38,293 bases of DNA from Octopus sinensis (taxonomy: Eukaryota): assembly GCF_006345805.1 (NCBI RefSeq), contig NW_021835848.1, positions 1 to 38,293 on the forward strand, in the 5' to 3' direction. This document shows, one piece after another, positions 11,192 to 20,902 of the stretch (position 1 is the first letter of the stretch; each line of letters starts with the position of its first letter). The translations under genes were made by a program, and so were the position numbers. The notes under the pieces are model-generated. The model saw nothing but the letters and a program-made list of their open reading frames with translations. It did no database searches and was not told where the DNA came from.

Positions 11192-11420
11192 ATATATCTG
11201 TAAATGTAATATGTGACAATTATTCAGTAGCTATGATAAAACTCCGAGTTTAGAATGCCGAGGTGGAAATCTACGCCGTATAACGATCATTTTTCATAGC
11301 ATTTTTTCCGGTGGTCGGATAACTGAAGAGATGGCGGGGTGGATTTCCACTTCGGCATCCGAAACTCAGAGTTTTATCATGGCTACCGAATAATTGACAC
11401 ATATACATTTACAGATATAT
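11192..11420 (+). mobile_element. short PLE-like element: about 88-bp inverted arms (11192-11279 / 11332-11420) embedded in (TA)n, with a hammerhead ribozyme overlapping the right arm
   Basis: arms are reverse complements with about 10 differences; (TA)n on both sides; HHR at 11318-11378. Confidence 0.7.
11318..11378 (+). ncRNA. type I hammerhead ribozyme with long stem II
   Basis: stem I gataa/ttatc; CUGAAGA 11323-11329; stem II gatggcggggtgga-tt-tccacttcggcatc (about 13 bp); GAAA 11361-11364; stem III ctc-a-gag; GUU triplet 11371-11373. Confidence 0.8.
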
Positions 11421-11442
11421 ATTATATATATATATATACATA

Positions 11443-11517
<75 letters not shown>

Positions 11518-11645
11518 ATACAAAATTAGAAAATGGAGAAACATACTTAAATCAATAAAACAATAAAAGGTACCTATCTAGCAGTATATTGGATATATGT
11601 TATCCCTGGTGGGTTGAATTTTTCAACCCCTATTTCATTTTATAA

Positions 11646-11681
<36 letters not shown>

Positions 11682-11714
11682 CATGTATTTGTGTATATAT
11701 ATGTGTGGGGGGGG

Positions 11715-11845
11715 GGTTAAAATAAAATACAAAGTGGGACAACAAAACATCCAGATAAACGATACACAAAAAAAACACAAACGGGTCATTCGAAGCCTTT
11801 TTATCGTCAGTCAAGTACCGTTCCATCCTCACAATTTCGGCTGCA
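11715..11845 (-). mobile_element. PLE-like terminal island between (TA)n tracts
   Basis: bounded by microsatellites; minus-strand ctgacga (11804-11810) with decayed downstream elements. Confidence 0.35.
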
Positions 11846-11875
11846 CATATATATTATATATATATTATATATATA

Positions 11876-12014
11876 TATAAAATATTATTTGAGACAAACC
11901 ACTATTTGCAAACAAACAAGGAAAGACTTAATCCATACATTTATTAATTTTATGATTGATTAAGTCTTCCTTGTTTGTTTTGCAAAATAGTGGTTTGTCT
12001 AATAATATTTTATA
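11876..12014. repeat. near-perfect inverted repeat (about 55-bp arms, 24-bp spacer) abutting (TA)n
   Basis: 11879-11933 is the reverse complement of 11958-12011, differing only by small indels. Confidence 0.9.
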
Positions 12015-12090
12015 ATATTTTACTATAAAATTGGATTTAATCCTAATCTGATTTTTTTTCCCTGTAAATTTGGATATATTCCCTAATATT

Positions 12091-12133
<43 letters not shown>

Positions 12134-12764
12134 TTTTATTTAATATTGCTTTTCTTTTTTCTTTTCTGCATCATTCATCTCGTTTTTCTCTCAGTCTTCA
12201 TATATGTGTAGCAATGAACCTGTCGCATATCATTATTTTTGTTTTTCAGCAGCGCCAAATATCAATTTCGTTTTCTTTTACGCAGACCGTTATTTTACGT
12301 TTCATTGGTAAATATATAATAATTTAAATTCATAAAGAAGCACTACCATAAAGAAGCTCCATCATTTGTCAGACATTACAGAGATTTTGGCAAATTCTCT
12401 TTATATCAGTAACGTAGTTATATTCATTTAACAAGAAGATAATACGCAACATATGTCTAAATAGACATATTTGTCAATTCTGACGAAACATAGTTCAGAC
12501 ACACCCCACTGAAATGTTCAATACGTTATTGATGTATATTTTATAGAGCCATAGCTTAAAGAAGAGAAACAGAAAACAAGTAATCATATCTGAATAGTTG
12601 AAAATTCTGAGCGTGATGTGCTGTGACTTCTACCATTAATTTAGCTGGATTTGGTATATGAAAATTTGTGCGGATGCAGGCATATATGTGTCTTTGTGTG
12701 TGTTAGAGAGAGTGTATGTGTATGAGAAAGTGTGTGTAAGCGTGTGTGAGTGTATTTATATATA

Positions 12765-13830
12765 CTAGCATGACCTGTGAATATTTCACGGAATTAATAT
12801 TAACCTTTTTCGGTTTTTCCTGAAAACTTTACCCAAAAGACCTGAAGGCGTAGCCAGTGTTGTGTCTGTATCAAAAGATAAGTCGCTCATCTGTTATTCA
12901 TTGAAAAGTGAAGGAAATTGGAATACGATGATTACATCATGCACTTTATATATATATATACTTTATATACTTCATGCACAATTTTATAGAATAGCACCCA
13001 TAAAATAAATATTCATTCTTATTTTTCCATTTTCCCTATAAACAAAAAAAATCATTTAAAAATTTATACGGTCACAATTTTTTTATCTAGAAAACAAAAA
13101 TCATATAGTAAAAATAATTATTTTATAGGCACTCCTTCGACATAACTCGACAAAATCAAAACGTTTCATTTCAGGTATTTCCGTGGGTTGTGGAGGATAG
13201 ATATAACGAAATTATGCCAGCAATGTCTCATTTTAAGCTTGAAGAAACAAAGCCTTCCATATTTGTTCTTACCTGTTTCATGTGTGTGTAAAATCCGCAA
13301 ATTTCCAAGCAGAAAACAGAATCGAACTGTCATTTGCTTCCGCAGAAATACCCGAAGTAAAGTGTTTTGATTTTGTCGAAGGAATGCCCTTTTATATGCA
13401 AAATATAGGAGTCACAGTTTCACGAGAGTAAAAGTTTAATGTGATATGGCGTACTCTGAAAACCACGTCGTTAGTAACTTATAAGCCAAGGCTATAGGTC
13501 AGAGCCAATACATATTTCAATTTGCGTACACCTTTCAATCTAATATGCAGACTGTGCCTACCATGTTCTTCGTGCAAGTTTTTCCTCTTCTTTTCCCTTG
13601 TTTAACAGTGTTGATAACTTTAACTCTCACAACAGATAATTTGCGGACTCTTGAGAATATAGCTGACCATGGCCGAATACAGGTTCAGGCAAGAACAGTT
13701 CCACTTTATCAGATGTCTGCACTTGTGATTTATTGATAGTCATTGCATATGGCAGACAAACTCGAAACTGGTTTCTTTCTAAAGAGAATGGCAAGTTTGG
13801 GATGCGCTTGCGTTAAGTGATAGGGGATAT
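12765..13830 (-). mobile_element. 5'-truncated Helitron remnant with RepHel helicase C-terminus
   Basis: 3' CTAG|T at 12765-12768 with subterminal hairpin ctgtgaa-tat-ttcacgg (12775-12791); helicase coding at 13558-13801. Confidence 0.85.
13558..13801 (-). pseudogene. Helitron RepHel PIF1-family helicase C-terminal fragment (frameshifted)
   Basis: minus strand reads PNLPFSLERNQFRVCLPYAMTINKSQVQTSDKVELFLPEPVFGHGQLY/[frameshift]FSRVR...TKNMV, matching PIF1 motifs V/VI (AMTINKSQGQT, HGQLYVAxSR) and the Helitron TxNVVY end; absent from the ORF track. Confidence 0.92.
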
Positions 13831-13927
13831 AAAAAACTTAGTTCAATTCAAAAAATTACTTTTCACTATGCACTCAGCATCGCCACCTGCACCATCACCA
13901 CTACCACAACCACCACCACCGTCATAA

Positions 13928-14006
13928 TCTCTTTCTCTCTCTCACTTTCTCTCTTTCTCTTCTCTCTTTCTCTCTCTCTCTGTCTCTCTGTCTCTCTCTC
14001 TCTCTA
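13928..14006. repeat. (TC)n microsatellite
   Basis: direct reading. Confidence 0.9.
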
Positions 14007-14206
14007 CTCTTTGCTTTTGCTTTCTCTTGATTCTCTCGTTCCCGCTAACTAATCACGTGTAAGCGTTATAAATACGTTCCCTTTAACTCACGTCATGGAC
14101 CCTCTTCTTAACCACTTTTTCTCTCTCCTTCTTTTCATTCTCCCTCTTTTTCTCTAGTCACATGAAAGCGTTACCGATGGTCTAAATAACGTAATGACAA
14201 ACAGAA

Positions 14207-14245
14207 TTATTATTATGATGATGATTATTATTATTATTATTATTA

Positions 14246-14286
<41 letters not shown>

Positions 14287-14310
14287 CTACTACTACTACT
14301 ACTACTATTG

Positions 14311-14352
<42 letters not shown>
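14207..14352. repeat. compound (ATT)n/(ACT)n trinucleotide microsatellite
   Basis: direct reading. Confidence 0.95.
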
Positions 14353-14355
<3 letters not shown>

Positions 14356-14627
14356 GTGAAGTTTGGGTTAGTTAAAATACGTCCGCAGTTACAGTGGAGA
14401 AAAAGCCTCTCTTATGGTAAAAGGTAACACGAGAGAATTTTTTTCTTCTAGGTAACTACTGTGAACTTGCTTTCAAAAGACAAAAATGTCACAAGCATAT
14501 TTTAACAGACCTAGTCACTGTTTGGTGCTGTTGCTGTGACTTATATATGCATATAAGCGAAGTAGTTATTTGTAAAATCTCAAGAATACTCACACACACA
14601 CACACATATATATACATACATACATAT

Positions 14628-15069
14628 TCTTTTCTTTTTTCTCTTTTTACTTGTTTCAGTCATTTGACTGCGGCCATGCTGGAGCACCGCCTTTAGTCGA
14701 GCAAATCGACCCCGGGACTTATTCTTTGGTAAGCCAGTATACTTATTCTATCGGTCTCTTTTGCCGACCGCTAAGTGACGGGGACGTAAACACACCAGCA
14801 TCGGTTGTCAAGGCAATGCTAGGGGAACAAACACAGACACACAAACATATTCACCACCACTTATATATATATACATATAGACGACAGGCTTCTTTCAGTT
14901 TCCGTCTACCATATCCACTCACAAGGCATTGGTCGGCCCGGGGCTATAGCAGAAGACACGTGCCCAAGATGCCACGCAGTGGGACTGAACCCGGAACCAT
15001 GTGGTTGGTTAGCAAGCTACTTACCAAACAGCCACTCCTGCGCCTATAACAGCCACTCCTGCGCCTATA
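14628..15069 (-). mobile_element. full-length SINE family A with a 21-bp tandem duplication of its 5' end
   Basis: reverse complement of 1252-1648; acagccactcctgcgcctata at 15028-15048 and 15049-15069. Confidence 0.9.
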
Positions 15070-15104
15070 CATATACATGTATATATGTATATATATGTAT
15101 GTAT

Positions 15105-15580
15105 AAGGGTGAAAAGGAACACACGAGTTGATATATATGAAAAAACCTTCTACCTCTTAACTCACTAATGCTTTTTAGTATAACACCTACGCAAATTCCA
15201 TAAACAAACCTTTCAATAGAAATAATCTCCTGAATTGAACTGCAACTGCTCGCCGTCACTGACCATTCAAAATACGACAATCAAAGCACTCCCAAATTTT
15301 TCCACCCCCTCTCCTCATCGACCTTCTTCTTCTTCTACCCTACCAAGAATTCAAAACGACCTCGAACACACAAGTGCAAACAAGGGAGACAAAGAAAGGC
15401 AGAATGCCACTTATATTTGAACACTATACAAATATTCCTTTAAAAAAACTTTTCTTTTAATTTTTCTAAAATTAATTATTTAATCGTTACAGTTGAAAAG
15501 GTCTCAAACTGACCGAAACCGGTACTGAAATGTTCTTTATAAAATTATTTTAGCATTTTCTATCTTGACTTGTTTTTTCA
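15105..15580 (+). mobile_element. PLE 3' remnant (possible GIY-YIG C-terminus plus terminus with decayed hammerhead 15490-15527), ending in (TA)n
   Basis: NNLLN*TATARRH near 15220-15258 weakly resembles PLE LLNxRxExxxxCRH; cag-ttgaaaa-ggtc(tcaaact)gacc-GAAA-ccgg-UA-ctg. Confidence 0.55.
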
Positions 15581-15590
15581 TATATATATA

Positions 15591-15842
15591 CCGGAGTAAA
15601 CACATAAATGTGAAACAAGGTGGAAAAAAGAGTACTCAAATACCAGTGGTAGAGTAATATGCTTTATTTAAAGCAGCAGAAAATTCAACAAAACCTGTTA
15701 CTCTGAGTTTATATTTTTCATTTATTAAATTATTTATAGCTACATAATCCAATATCTGACAAAAGCCATAATTTGGGGAACACTTTTACAGCGAAACACA
15801 GAATAAAAGGTTTTGTTGAATTTTCTGCTGCTTTAAAAAAAG

Positions 15843-15845
<3 letters not shown>
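15591..15845. mobile_element. PLE-like inverted-arm island (arms 15662-15710 / 15794-15842) between (TA)n tracts; centre occupied by an inverted copy of 16003-16089
   Basis: arms are reverse complements; minus strand of left arm reads aaa-ctc-a-gag-ta-acag (HHR stem III, UH and stem I, same stem III as at 11365); 15709-15795 is the exact reverse complement of 16003-16089. Confidence 0.7.
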
Positions 15846-15887
<42 letters not shown>

Positions 15888-15979
15888 TTATATATATATA
15901 TGTATATATATATGTAGGTATGTATGTATGTATGTATGTATGTATGTATGTATGTGTATGTATGTATGTATGTATGTAT
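15846..15979. repeat. (TA)n/(TATG)n microsatellite
   Basis: direct reading. Confidence 0.95.
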
Positions 15980-16159
15980 TGCGGTGAAGTATGTTTTTAC
16001 ACTTCGCTGTAAAAGTGTTCCCCAAATTATGGCTTTTGTCAGATATTGGATTATGTAGCTATAAATAATTTAATAAATGAAAAATATAATTGGAAGTTTA
16101 CACCCGTATAATCCCCTGCCAACAATGAGCTTAATCTGAGCTATCCATCAGTAGACAAT

Positions 16160-16286
16160 AATATCGGTTTCAAATTTTCGCACAAAGCCAGCAATTTCGT
16201 GGAGTGACTAAACCGATTACATCGACCCCAGTGTTTAACTGCTACTTATTTTATCAACCCCGAAATTATGAAATGCAAAGTCGCCC
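16160..16286 (-). mobile_element. 3' half of old Meta-domain SINE (family C)
   Basis: cgattacatcgaccccagtg...tacttattttatcaaccccgaaattatgaaatgcaaagtcg. Confidence 0.7.
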
Positions 16287-16770
16287 ATGGGCGAAGCTGC
16301 TATTATCATTTCTATTATTACTATTGATGATGATACTAACGACAATGACAACGAAGATGACCAAGACGACAACGAAAGTAACGTTGATGATGATCTTTCG
16401 AGAGGTTAACTTATCGCTTTTTAACGAGACGTAATCTGTTTCCTTGAATGAAATCCAATATCAAGGCTGCATGTTTTATCATGAAAATTAGAAATTCTAT
16501 GAAATACTTACGAGGGCAGGAATTTAAATAAAGCGTAAAACCATACCAGATATGGAAAGGCATCAGAGTTCTAACCATACGCTATTTATCTGAAAACTCT
16601 ACATTAGTTTCTAAGGTATAATAACTTTTTATTCGTATTTTCAAAACTCAGAAATGAGAAGTTGTATGGCAATCATGTCACTAAAAATTCTATGAAAAAT
16701 CAACGAAAATCAATGAAAGGAGGAGAATGAAATTGTACAGCGTAAGAATTCAATATCTTTATATAAATTA

Positions 16771-17165
16771 CTAGCAGTATCGCCCGGCGTTGCTTGGGTT
16801 TGTAAGGGAAATAACTATATAAGCATTTTTAAGAGTTATAGCCAAAAAATAGCAAAAACATGCATTAAAAATGGAAAACAAATGATGATAATTTTTTTTT
16901 TTAATCGTTGACTCATCGTAGACATTTTTAGAGAGTTACTTCCCTTATATAATAGCGAAAAAATGCATTAAAATGGAAAAAATGATGGTAATTTTTTTTT
17001 AAATCGTAGACTCATCGTAGACGCGCGCTAATACCCAGAAGGGCTCGATATGAATCACGAATATTTGATACCCGGTTTCGGTTAAACTGCACCGCAAAAT
17101 GTGGGAGTAGTTAGGAATCTAAATCGTAGGAGACAGACACACAACTTCACTTTTATATATAAAGA
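16771..17165 (-). mobile_element. non-autonomous Helitron, same family as 10270-10673, inverted
   Basis: A|TC...CTAG|T on the minus strand (ctag 16771-16774; aaaga|t 17161-17166); hairpin cccggcgttgcttggg; colinear with the first copy. Confidence 0.92.
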
Positions 17166-17849
17166 TGTATATTATGTACATGAAATATAAGAGAATTATA
17201 TTTTGAATACTTTAAGACAAGGGTAACATACGTTGGTGTAGCTATAACTAGATTATATATATATTACTTCAAGACAAACAGTTAATGCATGAACATTTAT
17301 AAAACAAGGAACAGACATTAAAATATACCTAAATAGATTTATCTAAGTCTTGCTTACAGGGTTTTTCATCAGACAATAGTAAATATGGTATTTGGTATAA
17401 TGTATATCATAAACAGATTTTTATTAAGCTAGTTTCTAGGGGTTTCGATTACAGATTTAACTACCCTACAGAGAGAAATTATGGAACTGAATATTAGATA
17501 CAGGATTTCGTCAACGAAATTTGTCTCGTATATTTGATATTTTTTCTTGAATACTTCTTGGAATCTTATGGCAATGACCGTCATGTACAGAAACGTAAAT
17601 CTATATAAGCATATGCATAGAACCCCTTACAACACATTTATTTCTTAAAATATTATATTATATATGTGTGGAGGGGCGTGTGTGTGTGCACTGTGAGAAA
17701 GGCGGGAGAAAGCGTGAAAGAGAGAATAGGCGTGGTGCTTAGGTGCGCATGTGCATGTGTGAGTGTATGGGGATTTATTCAAGAATCAATATCGATATTC
17801 CAGATATATCTTGTATTTAGTACTTTGTACCAATAATATCAACATTCAT

Positions 17850-18565
17850 GATGATGATACATATGCACATATATATATGTGTGTGTGTGTGTGTATGTAT
17901 GTATATATGTATATATATATATATATATATATACATACATATATATATAGATATAGATATAGATATATATATAGAGAGGGATATATAGATACATATATAT
18001 ATATATATAATGCACGTTTGTGTCTGTGTAGATAGATAGATGCATATATATATGCTTGTTTGCATATATATACATATGCATATATATATATATATATATA
18101 TAATATATATTTATATACTTATATACATATATATATGTTTACATATATACATACATATACAGATGTGTGCATGTATATGTATACATGTATACAGAGATAG
18201 GTGAGAGATGAGAGAGAATAGGAATAAGCGGATAAACAAATAGGAGCGTCTATATTTAGACACACGTATATGCTTGTATAATTATACATATGCCTATGTC
18301 TATATTTGTTTGTGTAGATGCGTGTGCTGTATACGATGGGAAAGGAATCACTTGCACACATACACACACACTACACGCACTTATTTATATATGTGTGTGA
18401 GTCTATGTGTGTGTGTATGTATGTATGTATGTATGTATGTATTATGTATGTATGATGTATGTATGTATTTATGTATGTATGTATATATATAATATGTATA
18501 TATATATATTATATATATATATATAATATATATATATTATATATATAATATATATATATATAATA
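17850..18565. repeat. degenerate TA/TG/TATG microsatellite region
   Basis: direct reading. Confidence 0.85.
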
Positions 18566-19227
18566 GCAAGAGAGACAGACAGACAGAGACAGAAAGAGTC
18601 AGAGGTGGTCGGACAGGAAAACCAGAAAGCCTTGGGCACTTATAGAGATTGATTTCAGATGTACGTAAAGTAAAAACATAAGCGAAGTCTTGTTCTATTA
18701 TTCAGTGTTTGTTTTGATTTTATCGCGCAAAGAAATCAAGTAAATCAAGACGTGACTTCATCAATCTATATGTGTGATGAAGAACCAATGTTGGTACCGA
18801 TGGCTAGATCACTGTGAGATATTACCATTTATCAGATAACACTGTTCTACTATAAAATAACTAATGCTATCAGATAGCCTCACATTTTATCAGATATTGC
18901 AGATGTAGAGCTATAATTTGATCTGAAGGCAGGTAATGTACTTGCAAATGAAATGAATGAAACTTGGACGTGCAATGATTTATACAGAACTAAAATAGGT
19001 GCTTGATGGTAATATTGTTTTTGTGTAAGCTGAGATGCATTAGATCAGTGATAATTTATATTGTACAATGCAACAACACTGATGTTCCTCTTAGCATACA
19101 TCAAACATCAAGCATGAATCTACTTATTCATTACAAAATCGAAGGAATACAAATTCTACTCGCTAAAATAGCAGTTTGTTACTTACCCGTGCTGTGCCAC
19201 TCTTGAATTCTCAAGATAGAAACTACT

Positions 19228-19797
19228 GATGTGTGTTAAGAAGCCGGCGGAGCTTCTTACCACGCAACAGTGAGTTGGAAGAAACTTTAGCACGCCGGGC
19301 GAAATGCTTAGCGGTATTTCGTCTACCGCTACGTTCTGAGTTCAAATTCCGCCGAGGTCGACTTTGCCTTTCATCCTTTCGTGGTCGATAAATTAAGCAG
19401 CAGTTACGTACTGGGGTCGATGTGATCGACTTAATCCCTTTGTCTGTCCTTGTTTGTCCCCTCTATGTTTAGCCCCCCGTGGGCAATAAAGAAATAAGAA
19501 GCTTGCTTCCCAACCACATGCTTTCGGATTCACTCCGACTGCATGGCACCTCGGGCAGATGCCTCTGGCCTACAAAAGCTTTGTGAGTAGAAATGGTAGA
19601 CGAAAACTGAAAGAATCCCGTCGCAGATATGTAGACATGTATTTATGTGTGTGTCTTTGTGGCTGTTTGTCCCTTCACCACCACGTGACAAACGGTGCTG
19701 GTGTATTTATGTTCCCGTAACATAGCGGTGCGACTTAAGAGGCCGATAGACCAAGTACTAGGATTAAAAAAAATAAGTTAGGTTCGATCTGTTCGAT
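19228..19797 (+). mobile_element. old SINE family A copy interrupted in its tRNA-like head by a family C SINE
   Basis: gtgtgttaagaagc (19231-19244) resumes as taagaagcttgcttcccaaccacatg (19495 onward), then colinear with family A. Confidence 0.8.
19245..19494 (+). mobile_element. Meta-domain SINE (family C) nested in a family A SINE, 8-bp TSD taagaagc
   Basis: gaggtcgactttgcctttcatcctttcgtggtcgataaattaag (MetaSINE-like core); TSD 19237-19244 and 19495-19502. Confidence 0.85.
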
Positions 19798-19904
19798 TTG
19801 TTTTATATGAAACAATATTCGATGTATTAAGAAAATGCAGCTGGAAATTATCGTTCTTTATTGTGGCGTTTTGCTGGATAATATTCTTAGTCTCAATTGG
19901 TCAC

Positions 19905-20020
19905 CTTTAGTAATCCATCCGGAAAGCGTAATGATAGTTGCTTCTTATAGGACGGTGCTATGTTCTGATATGACGCTCCTATAGAAAAAGCGCCTGAGGA
20001 TCCAACCCCACCGAACCTCC
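19905..20020 (-). CDS. candidate 116-nt internal coding exon of an unidentified host gene
   Basis: acceptor ttttgttcaccaataactccAG, donor AAG|GTgacc; single open frame RFGGVGSSGAFSIGASYQNIAPSYKKQLSLRFPDGLLK; GC higher than surroundings; no homolog recognised. Confidence 0.3.
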
Positions 20021-20266
20021 CTGGAGTTATTGGTGAACAAAACGGATGGATTATTTTAAATTGCCATATATGCATTTGATTTAGTTTAGATTATTAAACC
20101 CATGACTCACCAATAGAGTTTCTCTACCAATCTCTACCTAGATTCTGATTTGCAGTTGGACTTTGATCTCAGCAATCTCTGTTTATCGAAAGAATAATCA
20201 GACAATATACGGTTTAGATTCAATAGAAAATATATACCTATAAAATATTTTTCCGTTTGCTATTCT

Positions 20267-20504
20267 TCTTTCTTTTTTTTTTTGCCTACAAGAGGCTAAA
20301 CATAGAGGGGACAAACAAGGACAGACAAAGGGATTAAGTCGATTACATCGAGCACAGTGCGTAACAGGTACTTAATTTATCGACCCCGAAAGGATGAAAG
20401 GCAAAGTCGACCTCGGCGAAATTTGAACTGAGAACGTAACGGCAGACGAAATATCGCTAAGCATTTCACCCAGCGTGTTAACGTTTCTGCCAACTCGCCG
20501 CCTT
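20267..20504 (-). mobile_element. full-length Meta-domain SINE (family C), 14-bp TSD ccgtttgctattct
   Basis: reverse complement of 27870-28097; TSD 20253-20266 and 20512-20525. Confidence 0.9.
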
Positions 20505-20902
20505 AATATAGCCGTTTGCTATTCTACGAAGTCAACCACTCAGGCGATGTTTGTTGTTCACAGTACAATAAAGGATTCAGCACCTTTTTCAGTTTGTGTA
20601 TATTTATTATGTACAATATATTACGGCATGCAGACCCGGCTCGTTATTTCCATAGTTCTTCATGAAATTTAAAAACAATTTATTTCGCGTCATTACTTTT
20701 ACACTCGAAAGTAAATATAAATAATCCGTAAAACAAACAACAAGAGAGATAGAATGAATAGATAAGAGGGCGTATGGTGAGGGAAAGAAACTGTTTGGAA
20801 AACAAATGTGAGAACAAAGAAATGAAGAGAATAGAGAAATAAAATTATTTATAGAAGCAAGGAGTTGTATCAAAAGATTGCTTGAATGTGCTTTTAAAGT
20901 TG

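Noticed and set aside
12451-12470. Short perfect hairpins (12451-12470, 31864-31880)
   Set aside because: 8-9-bp AT-rich arms are plausible by chance in 38 kb
14194-14427. Poly-I/poly-L ORF resembling a transmembrane peptide
   Set aside because: (ATT)n/(ACT)n microsatellite
18903-18932. Plus-strand AG...GT bounded 30-nt segment
   Set aside because: Stop codons in all three frames
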